Virus record (IMG/VR): IMGVR_UViG_3300024259_000058
Span: 1-45,587 of that record
Length of the DNA: 45,587 nt
Reading direction: 5' to 3' (one strand)
DNA from: a virus
Lineage: Duplodnaviria > Caudoviricetes
The translations under genes were made by a program, and so were the position numbers. The notes under the pieces were generated by a model. That model made no database searches, was not told the origin of the DNA, and saw nothing but the letters and a program-made list of their open reading frames with translations. Positions 15,957-25,188 of the stretch are shown piece after piece; the first letter of the stretch is position 1, and every line of letters starts with the position of its first letter.

Positions 15957-17873
15957 ATGGAGGAAAAAAACAAAGAACTTGAAAGAGTTCCATTCAATAC
16001 AGACATAGATACAGAAACAAGATATGAAGAACATTGGAGTCTTTTTCAGACCTATGAAATTGAGCGTAATAAGCCAATTAGGTTTTTTAATAAAAACGGT
16101 ATTCAAAGAAACATTATTAATTATGTGAAGGATAGTAACGATAGAATGAATGAGTTTCATTTGAAACCATCTCATAAAGAGGATTGGCAGGCTAATACCT
16201 TTGATCCGATTACTCGTGATAAAGTTATTGCTATTTTATCAAAGATTGCCACAGCTAGGTTAAAACCAAACTTAATAATGAAAGCTAAAAGTTTATTAGA
16301 GAATAAAGGTTCTAATGAGCGAAAGATGATTTATTCTGATTTATTAGAGAATGCTAATATTCATAATAAAGACCAACAACAAACAATCTGGGAGATGTAC
16401 ACAGCGTTGTCTGAGGGGACTGTGATTGGGTATGAGGGCTGGAAGAAAGGAACACGGGAGGTGGAGTACGTAAAGGAGTATGACCCGGACACAGGAGAAA
16501 GAAAAACAGAAAAAATTAAAATTGATGCTTGGGATGATGTTTTTGGAGAAATAGTTCCGATTGAAGAATTTTATCCGGAAACAATTTGGACTAATGATAT
16601 TAGAAATGTTAAAAGATGTTTTCGTGTTCAGGAATTAACCTTGAGTCAGTTTATGGTTCAGTATGGAAAGTTTGGAAAAGCTAATACTGTTCAGGCTAAA
16701 AGTAGTTATATTATAAACGAAAAACTACCTTGGGGTATATCTGAAAACGTAGATTCAAAAAATGTTCAGGTATTACATTATTACGATGAAGATAAAGATA
16801 AGTTAGGTGTTTGGGCTAATGGTGTAGAACTCTATTATGGTCCACTTCCATTTAATCATAAGGTTCATCCTTTTTGGTTGATACAGACAGAACCAATTCA
16901 TCATCAGTTTTTGTACGGTAAATCTTTGCCAGATAAGTTAATGGGGATGCAAGATATTGATAATGCTACTTTCAATGCAATGCTTGACCAATTGTTCTTG
17001 TCGCTTAATTCTCCTCTTTTCGTTGATGGTAATGTTGATTTAGAGGATGGATATTTAGAGCCTGGTCGAATTTATGAAACTGATCCGGGAACAAAGGTAC
17101 AAAGAGCCGCGTTAGGCAGTGTTGATAGTCAGGCGTTTAATATGTTAGGGCTTATTAAAAGGAGTATGGAAGAGTCTAGTGTTTCTGCTCAAGCTCAAGG
17201 AGTTCCGACTGGTGGACGTAAAACAAAATTTGAAGTTCAAACATTACAGGAGGGGGCTATGAACTTGGCTGGGTTATTCTTACAACTTTTTGAGGGAGGT
17301 ATCACTCATAAATATTGGTTAAGAATGCACAACATTTTACAATATTACACAATGCCGAGTCGAGTTGATAGTGGAAAGAATAAGTTTAAATATATTCAGC
17401 TAGACAATAGAATGCTTACAAATGGAAAGATAGGTAAGAAGATGATTCAGATAGTAGGCTCTCAAGAGGAACAACCTGGCATGCAAGAAATGGTTACAGC
17501 GGCAGAAGAAGAATCAGGTGAACCATTTGATGTTTTAACAAGTAATATTCAGCCTATAACAATTACTCGTGATTATTTAATAAATAAAGATTTTGATTTT
17601 GAAATAGAGATAGTTCCTAATAGTTCTGTTAAGTCCAGTGAGGTAGATGAAAAGAATAAAAATATTGCTTTTTATCAAGCAACTAGAGAAGATCCAATGT
17701 ACGATCAAGAAATGAATGCTAAGGATTTTGCTAGAGCGTTTGGTAAACCAGAAGAAATAGTGAAAGGGCAACCACAGCAACAACAAGGAGCTATGCCAGG
17801 GTTACCAGGAATGCCAGGCATGGAAGGACAACCAGCCCCAGGGCAAGGACAACCTAATTTAGATTTATTATAA
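15957..17873 (+). CDS. Portal protein (P22-like)
   Basis: 638 aa after terL; FLYGKSLPDKLMGMQD, PGRIY; Q/P/G-rich tail. Confidence 0.9.
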   Translation: MEEKNKELERVPFNTDIDTETRYEEHWSLFQTYEIERNKPIRFFNKNGIQRNIINYVKDSNDRMNEFHLKPSHKEDWQANTFDPITRDKVIAILSKIATARLKPNLIMKAKSLLENKGSNERKMIYSDLLENANIHNKDQQQTIWEMYTALSEGTVIGYEGWKKGTREVEYVKEYDPDTGERKTEKIKIDAWDDVFGEIVPIEEFYPETIWTNDIRNVKRCFRVQELTLSQFMVQYGKFGKANTVQAKSSYIINEKLPWGISENVDSKNVQVLHYYDEDKDKLGVWANGVELYYGPLPFNHKVHPFWLIQTEPIHHQFLYGKSLPDKLMGMQDIDNATFNAMLDQLFLSLNSPLFVDGNVDLEDGYLEPGRIYETDPGTKVQRAALGSVDSQAFNMLGLIKRSMEESSVSAQAQGVPTGGRKTKFEVQTLQEGAMNLAGLFLQLFEGGITHKYWLRMHNILQYYTMPSRVDSGKNKFKYIQLDNRMLTNGKIGKKMIQIVGSQEEQPGMQEMVTAAEEESGEPFDVLTSNIQPITITRDYLINKDFDFEIEIVPNSSVKSSEVDEKNKNIAFYQATREDPMYDQEMNAKDFARAFGKPEEIVKGQPQQQQGAMPGLPGMPGMEGQPAPGQGQPNLDLL

Positions 17874-17874
17874 T

Positions 17875-18222
17875 ATGAAGAATAAAATATTTTGGTGGTT
17901 ATTAAAAAGATATATTAAAAAGAATAGGGATATAATTAAAATTGATGAAGACGATGAGATGAAGTTATTTCTTTTTAGGACTTCAGATGATGTTAATCAA
18001 CTGATAAGAGCACTTTTAACAAATCAAACTATTAAGCACTGGGAAGCACAAACTGACGATGAAAGATTAATGACTAGAGGGGCTGCGATAATCTTAAAGG
18101 TTTTAAGAGATGGACATAATATAGCAGAAGAAGTTTATGATAAAGATAATCATGATGAAAGTATAAAAAAATATAGGAATAAAAAGAAAAGAACAATTTT
18201 TAAAAAGTTTTTTATATATTAG
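17875..18222 (+). CDS. Hypothetical protein between portal and scaffold
   Basis: 115 aa ORF at a conserved podovirus position. Confidence 0.75.
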   Translation: MKNKIFWWLLKRYIKKNRDIIKIDEDDEMKLFLFRTSDDVNQLIRALLTNQTIKHWEAQTDDERLMTRGAAIILKVLRDGHNIAEEVYDKDNHDESIKKYRNKKKRTIFKKFFIY

Positions 18223-18276
18223 ATAGTATGCTCCACTATCCAAAATAAAGGAGAATTAATTATTAAGACTACTATT

Positions 18277-18972
18277 ATGTCTAACGAATCCAAAAAAGAA
18301 GCAGAAGAAAAATCTGCTAATCAGTCTGATTCTACTGATGAAAAAAAAGACAAGAATCAGGAGGACGACACCTCTTCAAAAAACGAAGATTCTAAAGAGC
18401 AAGGTGTAACTCTTACAAAAGAGGAACACGAAAAACTTCAAAAGAAAGCAGAAGATTTCGATGGTATTATTGAAAAACAAAGACTTGAAAAATTAAGAAA
18501 GAAAGAAGAAAAGTCTGAGACAACAGAAGGTGAAACTAAAATTGATACCTCTGTTGTTAAAGATATGATTCAACAAGAAATACAAAAAGTTAATGTTAGC
18601 GTTTACAATAGAAATCTCGAGCAAGCATTGAAAAAGTTTTCAGAAGGGAACAAATGGGCTGAAACTAAGATTGATGATATTACCGATAGTTTTGATCCAG
18701 GGAATGCTTTAACTGAAGAAGATATTCTTGCTAAACTTGAATTAACCGCTCAAACAACTTATCCAGTTGAATATAAATCAGCTATGGAGTCTAAAATTAA
18801 ATCAGAAATTTTAGCTGAAAAAAGTAATATAGATGCAGGTGATTCAGGTACTGGTGGTGGTTCTGTTAATAAAGATGCAGAAGAAGTGAATGCCACAAAA
18901 GAAGATCAAAGAATTGCTGATAAATTCTTTGGCGGAGATGTCAAAAGGTATTTGGCATCAAAATCTAATTAA
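18277..18972 (+). CDS. Capsid scaffolding protein
   Basis: Acidic, helical; C-terminal QRIADKFFGGDVKRY; upstream of capsid genes. Confidence 0.75.
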   Translation: MSNESKKEAEEKSANQSDSTDEKKDKNQEDDTSSKNEDSKEQGVTLTKEEHEKLQKKAEDFDGIIEKQRLEKLRKKEEKSETTEGETKIDTSVVKDMIQQEIQKVNVSVYNRNLEQALKKFSEGNKWAETKIDDITDSFDPGNALTEEDILAKLELTAQTTYPVEYKSAMESKIKSEILAEKSNIDAGDSGTGGGSVNKDAEEVNATKEDQRIADKFFGGDVKRYLASKSN

Positions 18973-18992
18973 ATAACTTTAAAGCCAAAAAT

Positions 18993-19496
18993 ATGGGATT
19001 TATTTACAAAAAAAACGGAAATCCAAGTGGTGGAAGAGTGTTAATGGAATATACCTTGACAGATTCTAGTACATATACTATTGGGGATGCTATGGCTCTT
19101 GCTTCTGGTGCACTTGATTTGGTAGGTGCTGGTGCTGCTGTTGCTGGTATTCTTGTTGACATTAAGAAGGCCGATGGATCTCCTGTTACTGATGATGGTG
19201 CTGGTGGTGGTTTTACCGATACTTATACTACACCTGCTTCAAATACCGTTGTTGGGACAATCGACATAGCCCTTGATTCAATTTATAGCGTAACTGCTGA
19301 TGCAACTCTTGGAACAACTACTGGTTCTGATCTTGCTGGTTACAATATGGATGTTGTAGCTGCTTCAGATCAACTTGATGAATCTACTTCTCTTACCACT
19401 ACTGGTCAATTCTTTTCTTACGGAATAGATCCAGATGGTACTGCAGCAAGTAATTCAGTACTGGTTTCTATTCAGGAATCACAAATCAAAATCTAG
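18993..19496 (+). CDS. Capsid decoration/cement protein
   Basis: G/A/T/D-rich beta protein between scaffold and MCP. Confidence 0.7.
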   Translation: MGFIYKKNGNPSGGRVLMEYTLTDSSTYTIGDAMALASGALDLVGAGAAVAGILVDIKKADGSPVTDDGAGGGFTDTYTTPASNTVVGTIDIALDSIYSVTADATLGTTTGSDLAGYNMDVVAASDQLDESTSLTTTGQFFSYGIDPDGTAASNSVLVSIQESQIKI

Positions 19497-19529
19497 TAGT
19501 TTTTTATTCATTAACATTAATTAAAATAT

Positions 19530-20498
19530 ATGATGCTTACAGGACAATGGGGCGATTTTGTCAAGGGAGTTTCAGCAAGGGTAAATGAGATTATTGAAGA
19601 GACAAAAGACCGAGCACCTGATTTTATGTCAACTGGTTTGTTTGATAGCGTATCAACAGACAGTTTGATTCATAGAACTGAAGGAGTTACTGGTCTTAAT
19701 TACCTTGAACTTTTTGACGAAAACGACTCTATCAAAGAGGACAGAACATATCCGGCTTATAAAACCGAGTATGTTATGAAACAATCAGGTAAGGTTGTTA
19801 GTATTTCACAATTACTTGCGAAAACTCGACCAGCTGAACTTGAAAGTAAATTAAGTGAAGTTAAACAGCAATCTATTGCTGCGACACGAACACTTAATAA
19901 ATGGGCTTGGCAAGGATTTGTCGATGGTTTTGTTACAACTGATTCAAATAGTAATTTTCCAATTTCAAGATTGAATGATGCAGTATCAATGTTTTCAACT
20001 GCACACCCTTCAAGGGTTGGTGGTGTTAGCAATCGTTCAAACAGAGTAGCTGTTAATCCAGTATTATCAGAATCTAATCTTTTCACTGCTACTAAAATGA
20101 TTAGAGAACAAATGAACGGACGAGGTTTACCTATCAATTACGAAGGAAAATTTACTTTAGTTGTTCCTCCTGCTCTTGAGAAGACTGCTGTAGAAATTAC
20201 ACAGTCCACTAAACGAGCTGGAACAGCTAATAATGATTTGAACTACTTTGAAGGTGGAATTGATGTTGTATCTTCTTCTTATATTGGTGCAGCCAATGGT
20301 GGAAGCGATACAGCTTGGTTTGTGCTTGCACAAGACGCTCCGGATAAACCATTGAAATACGTTCATCTAATTGAACCAAAAATTGAAATGGAACACGACT
20401 TTGACACAAAGGCAATTCGTGTATCTATTGATATGGCTGGTGCATTTGGATATAGTTCGTTCGAGTACATGGTTGGAAGTGACGGAACTGCTAGTTAA
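19530..20498 (+). CDS. Major capsid protein (HK97 fold, Mu gpT-like)
   Basis: FSTAHP, LVVPPALE, ANNDLN, TAWF motifs; 322 aa. Confidence 0.9.
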   Translation: MMLTGQWGDFVKGVSARVNEIIEETKDRAPDFMSTGLFDSVSTDSLIHRTEGVTGLNYLELFDENDSIKEDRTYPAYKTEYVMKQSGKVVSISQLLAKTRPAELESKLSEVKQQSIAATRTLNKWAWQGFVDGFVTTDSNSNFPISRLNDAVSMFSTAHPSRVGGVSNRSNRVAVNPVLSESNLFTATKMIREQMNGRGLPINYEGKFTLVVPPALEKTAVEITQSTKRAGTANNDLNYFEGGIDVVSSSYIGAANGGSDTAWFVLAQDAPDKPLKYVHLIEPKIEMEHDFDTKAIRVSIDMAGAFGYSSFEYMVGSDGTAS

Positions 20499-20505
20499 AA
20501 ATAGT

Positions 20506-20557
20506 TTAGTTATAGGATTGGTGATTAACTTCGCCAATCCGATTAACTAATTTATTT
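20506..20557 (+). terminator. Hairpin/terminator after MCP
   Basis: GGATTGGTGA/TCGCCAATCC stem extended by TTAGTTA/TAACTAA, then TTTATTT. Confidence 0.55.
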
Positions 20558-20575
20558 ATTAAATAAAAGAAAACT

Positions 20576-20848
20576 ATGTTTATTAAAAACAATTCGGATC
20601 GTGGATGGGAAAATTATAATTGTGGTGGTGGAGTTAAAGTCACAATTAAACCAAACTCAACCTTTGAGATTGATGATAAAATTGGAGCATTTTTACTTCG
20701 TATTTTAGGAGCTCCAGGTTGGTTAACAAAAGGAGTGAAAGAAGATGTTAAAGAAGTTAAGAAAGAGGTTAAAAAGGAGGAAGTTAAAGAAGTTAAGAAA
20801 GAGGTTAAAAAGGAGGAAGTTAAAAAGTCTAATTCATCTAAAAAATAA
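20576..20848 (+). CDS. Hypothetical virion-associated protein with K/E-rich tail
   Basis: 90 aa ORF after MCP. Confidence 0.75.
   Translation: MFIKNNSDRGWENYNCGGGVKVTIKPNSTFEIDDKIGAFLLRILGAPGWLTKGVKEDVKEVKKEVKKEEVKEVKKEVKKEEVKKSNSSKK
20747..20818 (+). repeat. Perfect 36 bp tandem duplication (VKEVKKEVKKEE x2)
   Basis: gttaaagaagttaagaaagaggttaaaaaggaggaa twice. Confidence 0.9.
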
Positions 20849-20853
20849 ATAAT

Positions 20854-21237
20854 ATGTCACAAAGATTTGATTATTATAAAGAATCAGTTCGTTCAGCAGT
20901 TATTTTGACTACATCTTATGTAGCTGGAACTGTATTAGAAGAAGTTCATGACCAGAATCAAATGATTTTGAATGTTGATTTTACTATCGGCAGTTTAACT
21001 TCAGCTGAAATCAAAGTTGAATTTTCTTCAGATAATACTAATTGGTATCAAGAAACCTTTAGTTCTGTTTCCGGTGGGACTTCAACTGAAAGTTTAGGGG
21101 AACGTTCTATTAGTGCTTCCGGCAAATATAGAATTGCAGTACCACTAAAGGATAGATATGTTCGTGTTTCTGCTAAAGGAACAGGAACGGTTACATCTTC
21201 AAGTATGGCTATTGAAGCTAATATTGGTAGATCTTAA
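20854..21237 (+). CDS. Beta-sandwich virion protein
   Basis: IKVEFSSDNTNWY...RYVRVS pattern. Confidence 0.65.
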   Translation: MSQRFDYYKESVRSAVILTTSYVAGTVLEEVHDQNQMILNVDFTIGSLTSAEIKVEFSSDNTNWYQETFSSVSGGTSTESLGERSISASGKYRIAVPLKDRYVRVSAKGTGTVTSSSMAIEANIGRS

Positions 21238-21255
21238 TTACTAATTATTACTAAA

Positions 21256-22134
21256 ATGGGTTTTACTAATCATAATGTTGATAGTTCCTCTATTATCATT
21301 GATAAATCAAAACAAAAAAAAGTAAATGTTTTTAAAGAAGAACTCAAAATAGTTGAAAGAAATTTAGAGATAGCACGAAAAGAAGAACAAAAAATTACTG
21401 ATAAAAGTAAGGAGATTTTTGAATTGGATAAAGAAGCTCAAAAGTTGAGGGAAGAAACATTAATTGCAGATAAACGATTGAAAGAAATTGAAAATCATAT
21501 TAAGAATAAAATTGAAAATGAAAATCAAGATTTAAGAAAAGTTAAAGATAAACTTAGTGTTATCAAGCTAGATATAGAAAATGGTAATAATGAACTTTCA
21601 AAAATTAATAAAAAGAATATTAATATCATTGCAGGTACTAGAAAATTAAAAAATAGTTTTCGTAATACTGAAATAAGTTATATAAATGATATTACTTCCT
21701 TGGAAGATAAGCTTAAAAAAGTTAGAGGTATTTTGGAGATCAAAATTGAAGAAATAAATGTTGTTGAAAGTAAGCTTTCTGAATATGCAAAAATGAAGAT
21801 AGACATTAAAAATAGAAAAGAAGAAATGGAAAACATTATGCAAGAAATTAGTAGAAAAAAAGTTGATTTGATTACTTATAATAATGAAACAAGAATAGTC
21901 AAGAAAGATTTTGAGAAATGTGAGGAAGATTTAAAAAATATCTTAGATGAAATAAAGGATAATAAATATAAGTTTGATGAAGAAATCAGTATAAAAAACA
22001 AAAATATTGAAGGTAGAGAGAGTGAAATATCCTTCAGGGAAAAATCTGTTAGTAAAAGAGAAAAACTTTTAAAGCATTATAAAGATAAACTGGCGATTAT
22101 TGATCCCAAGGGGGTCGCTGGTCTTAAAATATAA
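21256..22134 (+). CDS. Long coiled-coil protein
   Basis: K/E/I heptad-rich, 292 aa. Confidence 0.75.
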   Translation: MGFTNHNVDSSSIIIDKSKQKKVNVFKEELKIVERNLEIARKEEQKITDKSKEIFELDKEAQKLREETLIADKRLKEIENHIKNKIENENQDLRKVKDKLSVIKLDIENGNNELSKINKKNINIIAGTRKLKNSFRNTEISYINDITSLEDKLKKVRGILEIKIEEINVVESKLSEYAKMKIDIKNRKEEMENIMQEISRKKVDLITYNNETRIVKKDFEKCEEDLKNILDEIKDNKYKFDEEISIKNKNIEGRESEISFREKSVSKREKLLKHYKDKLAIIDPKGVAGLKI

Positions 22135-22136
22135 AT

Positions 22137-22415
22137 ATGGCTGGAAACCAAAATTTAAAAGATGAATTTAATATCGATGAGTTTAGCGTTGAAATAAATC
22201 CAGCGATAGAAGAAAAGCAAATTCTTCAGGATTTTAAACTCTCAGACCAAGACACAGATACCAGCACAATATATCTAGGCTTTTTAAACGCAGGTGGAGC
22301 TTGGATAATAAAGAGATTTACAGAAACAACAACAAGATACGTCAGAGGAAGTAGTGGATATGATTTTAGTAATCGAACAAGCGAAAGTTATGATTTATTT
22401 AATAATGTTTTTTAA
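22137..22415 (+). CDS. Hypothetical virion protein
   Basis: IYLGF...GAWIIKR...NRTSESY pattern. Confidence 0.65.
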   Translation: MAGNQNLKDEFNIDEFSVEINPAIEEKQILQDFKLSDQDTDTSTIYLGFLNAGGAWIIKRFTETTTRYVRGSSGYDFSNRTSESYDLFNNVF

Positions 22416-22431
22416 ATGAATAAAGTATCAA

Positions 22432-22965
22432 TTAAAAATTATGTTTATTAGCCCAACAATAATGTTTTCTACAGAGGTTTCGAGTTTTCGATTGAGTGCC
22501 ACAAAAGCATTGTTTATATGTTCCCGTTGGTTGAGAAGTGTGCAAAATAACTTTAGAAATTATTTTAGCAGTATATCGGGGGCTTTTTATTCTTTTTTCC
22601 CAGGTTTTTTTATGATACTTTTTAATATGAGAAGATTGGTTTCTAAAAAGTTCAAGATTTTCTATTCTATTGTCAGTTTTATTTCCATTTATATGATGTA
22701 CTCGTTCTTTTTTCTTGAGTTTTCTCCCAAGGTGTTTTTCCATAATATATCTATGTTCCAAGATTCTTTTTCCATTTATAAAAATTCTCATATAACCAAG
22801 AGGGGTGATACAAGGTTTACCTTTTTTGAGAAGAGTCCAGTTAGAAGATATGTAATGATAATTTTTATGTCTAAAAAAGCGAGTCCTATGTTTTTGGCAA
22901 ATACGTCCTTCTGTTTTTTTAAGAATATTTTTACAATCTTTAATTTTACAAATTTGTCCTTCCAT
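22432..22965 (-). CDS. HNH homing endonuclease, antisense to the late operon
   Basis: LEHRYIMEKHLGRKL...VHHINGNKTDNRIENLEL; start moved to ATG 22965. Confidence 0.9.
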   Translation of the reverse strand: MEGQICKIKDCKNILKKTEGRICQKHRTRFFRHKNYHYISSNWTLLKKGKPCITPLGYMRIFINGKRILEHRYIMEKHLGRKLKKKERVHHINGNKTDNRIENLELFRNQSSHIKKYHKKTWEKRIKSPRYTAKIISKVILHTSQPTGTYKQCFCGTQSKTRNLCRKHYCWANKHNF

Positions 22966-22993
22966 AAAAATAAATTTAATAATTATATAATAA

Positions 22994-23022
22994 ATTATAA
23001 CGCAACGGGAAATATATGTCAA
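22994..23022 (-). promoter_or_regulatory. Sigma70 promoter of the antisense HNH gene
   Basis: TTGACA-17 bp-TATAAT; -35 overlaps the GT start ATGTCAA. Confidence 0.8.
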
Positions 23023-23897
23023 GAAACTTATTAAGTGTGATTATTCCAAGCAGAAATGAACAGTTCTTAAATCAAACTATTAAAGATTTGTTAAAGAACG
23101 CAAGAGGTGATATTGAAATTATAGTTGTCTTAGATGGTTATTGGGAAAAGGAATTGGTTGATGATAAGCGAGTACATTATTTACATAGAGGACGAGCACA
23201 AGGAATGAGAGCAGGAATAAATTCAGCGGTAGCGATTAGTTCAGGAGATTACATTATGAAAATTGACGCTCATTGTATGGTTGACGAAGGATTTGATATA
23301 AAGTTAAGAGAGATGAAAGATAATTGGGTAGTTGTTCCTCGTAGAAAAAGATTAGATGCAGAGAATTGGTGCGTCTTGGATGTTGGAAAACCTGATGTTG
23401 ATTATGAACTTGTAACAAACCCTAAAGGAGATGATATGCACGGAAGAATTTGGGGGCAAAGAGCTATCGATAGAAAAGATATAATGATAGATGATTGTTT
23501 AACGTCACAAGGGAGTTGCTGGTTCACAACAAGGAAGAACTTCGACAGGCTGGAGTTAATGGACGAGAAAATCTACGGGATGTTCTTCAACGAAGCACAA
23601 GAAATCTCTTTCAAAGCGTGGTTATCAGGTGGTAGAGTGATGGTAAATAAAAAAACGTGGTACGCACATTTACATAAAGGTTCTCGTTATGGAAGAGGGT
23701 ATTCGATAGGAAGTGGGCAACGACCAATCGCCAGTAAAGCAATGATGGAGTGGGTAGAGAACAATGGCTGGAGCAAACAGACAATAGATTTTTCAGCTTT
23801 AATAGAGCATTTTAATGTGCCAGGCTGGACAAAAGATGATATAATAAGACTAAAGAAGAAAGATAAATTTTTTAAGAAAATAAAAAAGTATGGCTAA
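23016..23897 (+). CDS. GT-A glycosyltransferase, GT2/GT27 (ppGalNAc-T)-like
   Basis: SVIIPSRNE, IIVVLDG, IDAHC, EISFKAWLSGG, WYAHLHK. Confidence 0.88.
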   Translation: MSRNLLSVIIPSRNEQFLNQTIKDLLKNARGDIEIIVVLDGYWEKELVDDKRVHYLHRGRAQGMRAGINSAVAISSGDYIMKIDAHCMVDEGFDIKLREMKDNWVVVPRRKRLDAENWCVLDVGKPDVDYELVTNPKGDDMHGRIWGQRAIDRKDIMIDDCLTSQGSCWFTTRKNFDRLELMDEKIYGMFFNEAQEISFKAWLSGGRVMVNKKTWYAHLHKGSRYGRGYSIGSGQRPIASKAMMEWVENNGWSKQTIDFSALIEHFNVPGWTKDDIIRLKKKDKFFKKIKKYG

Positions 23898-24477
23898 ATT
23901 TGGAAAAGGGCATAAAGGATATTGGCTAGGTAAAAAGAAACCACACTCTAAAGAAACTATTGAAAAGATAAAAAAATCCTTGATTGGTCATTTTGTATCC
24001 GAGGAAACTAAAAAAAAGATTAAAGAGAAGAGTGTTTTTCAAGAAGGACATACTCCTTGGAATAAAGGAATACCGTGTTCAGAAAAAACTAAAGAAAAAA
24101 TAAGTGATACTAATAAGAAAAAGGGGATTGAGCCTATAAAGAAACATAGAGGTAAAGGTAAGAATGGTTCTAACTGGAAAGGTGGTATTACTCCTGAAAA
24201 TCATTTAGTTAGAAACAGTATTGAATTAAGATTATGGAGAGAATCAGTATTTGCTAGAGATAATTGGACTTGCCAAAAGTGCGGGGATGATGAAGGCGGA
24301 AATTTGAACGCACATCATATTAAGAATTTTGCTTATTATTCAGAGATAAGAACTTCAATTTCAAACGGGATAACTTTTTGTAAAAATTGTCATCAAAGGT
24401 TTCATAATAAATATAGCTATAAAGAAAATAATGAAGAGCAGTTAAAAGAATTTTTATGCAAAATAGAGAACAATTAG
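23890..24477 (+). CDS. NUMOD3-type HNH homing endonuclease
   Basis: HSKETIEKI/SEETKKKI repeats, NWKGG, RDNWTCQKCG, AHHI, NGITFCKNCH. Confidence 0.9.
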   Translation: MAKFGKGHKGYWLGKKKPHSKETIEKIKKSLIGHFVSEETKKKIKEKSVFQEGHTPWNKGIPCSEKTKEKISDTNKKKGIEPIKKHRGKGKNGSNWKGGITPENHLVRNSIELRLWRESVFARDNWTCQKCGDDEGGNLNAHHIKNFAYYSEIRTSISNGITFCKNCHQRFHNKYSYKENNEEQLKEFLCKIENN

Positions 24478-24974
24478 CAAAATTATTTAAAGGTAAAGGA
24501 GTAGAGGTCGGAGTAGAAAAAGGAGAGTACGCAGAAGTATTATGCAAGGCAGGATTAGAAGTAATTGCCATAGATGCTTGGACGGCTTACAAAGGTTACA
24601 GAGACCACGTTAGCCAAAGCAAATTAGATAGATTCTATGAAGAAACTAAGAAAAGATTAAAGCCCTACAACTGTAAAATTATTAAAGGATTTAGCCAGGA
24701 TATAGTCAAGGAGTTCAAAAATGAAAGCTTAGACTGGGTTTATATTGACGGTAACCACGAGTTTCAGAATGTAACTAACGATATAGCTGAATGGAGTAAA
24801 AAGGTTAAAAAAGGCGGAATAGTGTCAGGACACGACTTTAAAAGATTCGGTGGTAAGTATGGATTAAACAGTTGTCACGTTAAAGATGTAGTTCAAGCGT
24901 GGTGTTATTCACACAAGATAGATTTTAAAGTAACACAGGACAGATGTCCTAGCTGGTATTATGAAAAGCTTTGA
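24456..24974 (+). CDS. Class I SAM-dependent methyltransferase (Methyltransf_24-like)
   Basis: GVEVGVEKG, AIDAW, VYIDGNH, VKKGGIVSGHD. Confidence 0.88.
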   Translation: MQNREQLAKLFKGKGVEVGVEKGEYAEVLCKAGLEVIAIDAWTAYKGYRDHVSQSKLDRFYEETKKRLKPYNCKIIKGFSQDIVKEFKNESLDWVYIDGNHEFQNVTNDIAEWSKKVKKGGIVSGHDFKRFGGKYGLNSCHVKDVVQAWCYSHKIDFKVTQDRCPSWYYEKL

Positions 24975-25188
24975 TAAAAAATTAAAATCAGGATTAAAGA
25001 AATGTCCAGGACATAGATTCGGAGCAGATTATAAACATATAAAAGATAACTGGTTTGAATGTCAGAAATGCAAAGCTTATCACAATGTAGAAGATGAAAT
25101 TTTAAAAGATGAAGGAATCGATAAAGATAATGTAAAAATAAGAACAGAGAAATTAGATATTTTTAATACTATCAGTTATGAATTTTAA
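24961..25188 (+). CDS. Small zinc-binding protein
   Basis: CPGH...CQKC. Confidence 0.6.
   Translation: MKSFDKKLKSGLKKCPGHRFGADYKHIKDNWFECQKCKAYHNVEDEILKDEGIDKDNVKIRTEKLDIFNTISYEF

Noticed and set aside
18222-18252. Pseudoknot upstream of scaffold gene (GATAGT/ACTATC with CTCC/GGAG)
   Set aside because: Stems of 6 and 4 bp are too short to distinguish from chance without homologs
19757-20415. Minus-strand ORFs inside the MCP, and similar ones inside portal, nozzle and ejection genes
   Set aside because: Antisense shadows of well-supported genes
20747-20818. 36 bp tandem duplication as a regulatory repeat
   Set aside because: In-frame slippage in a low-complexity K/E tail
22441-23034. 197 aa plus-strand ORF
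   Set aside because: Antisense shadow of a clear HNH gene; F/S/I-rich composition with no motifs
22416-23040. Group I intron carrying the HNH within the GT gene
   Set aside because: The HNH ORF and its promoter fill the interval, leaving no room for a ribozyme core; the same holds for the HNH genes at 23890 and 38476
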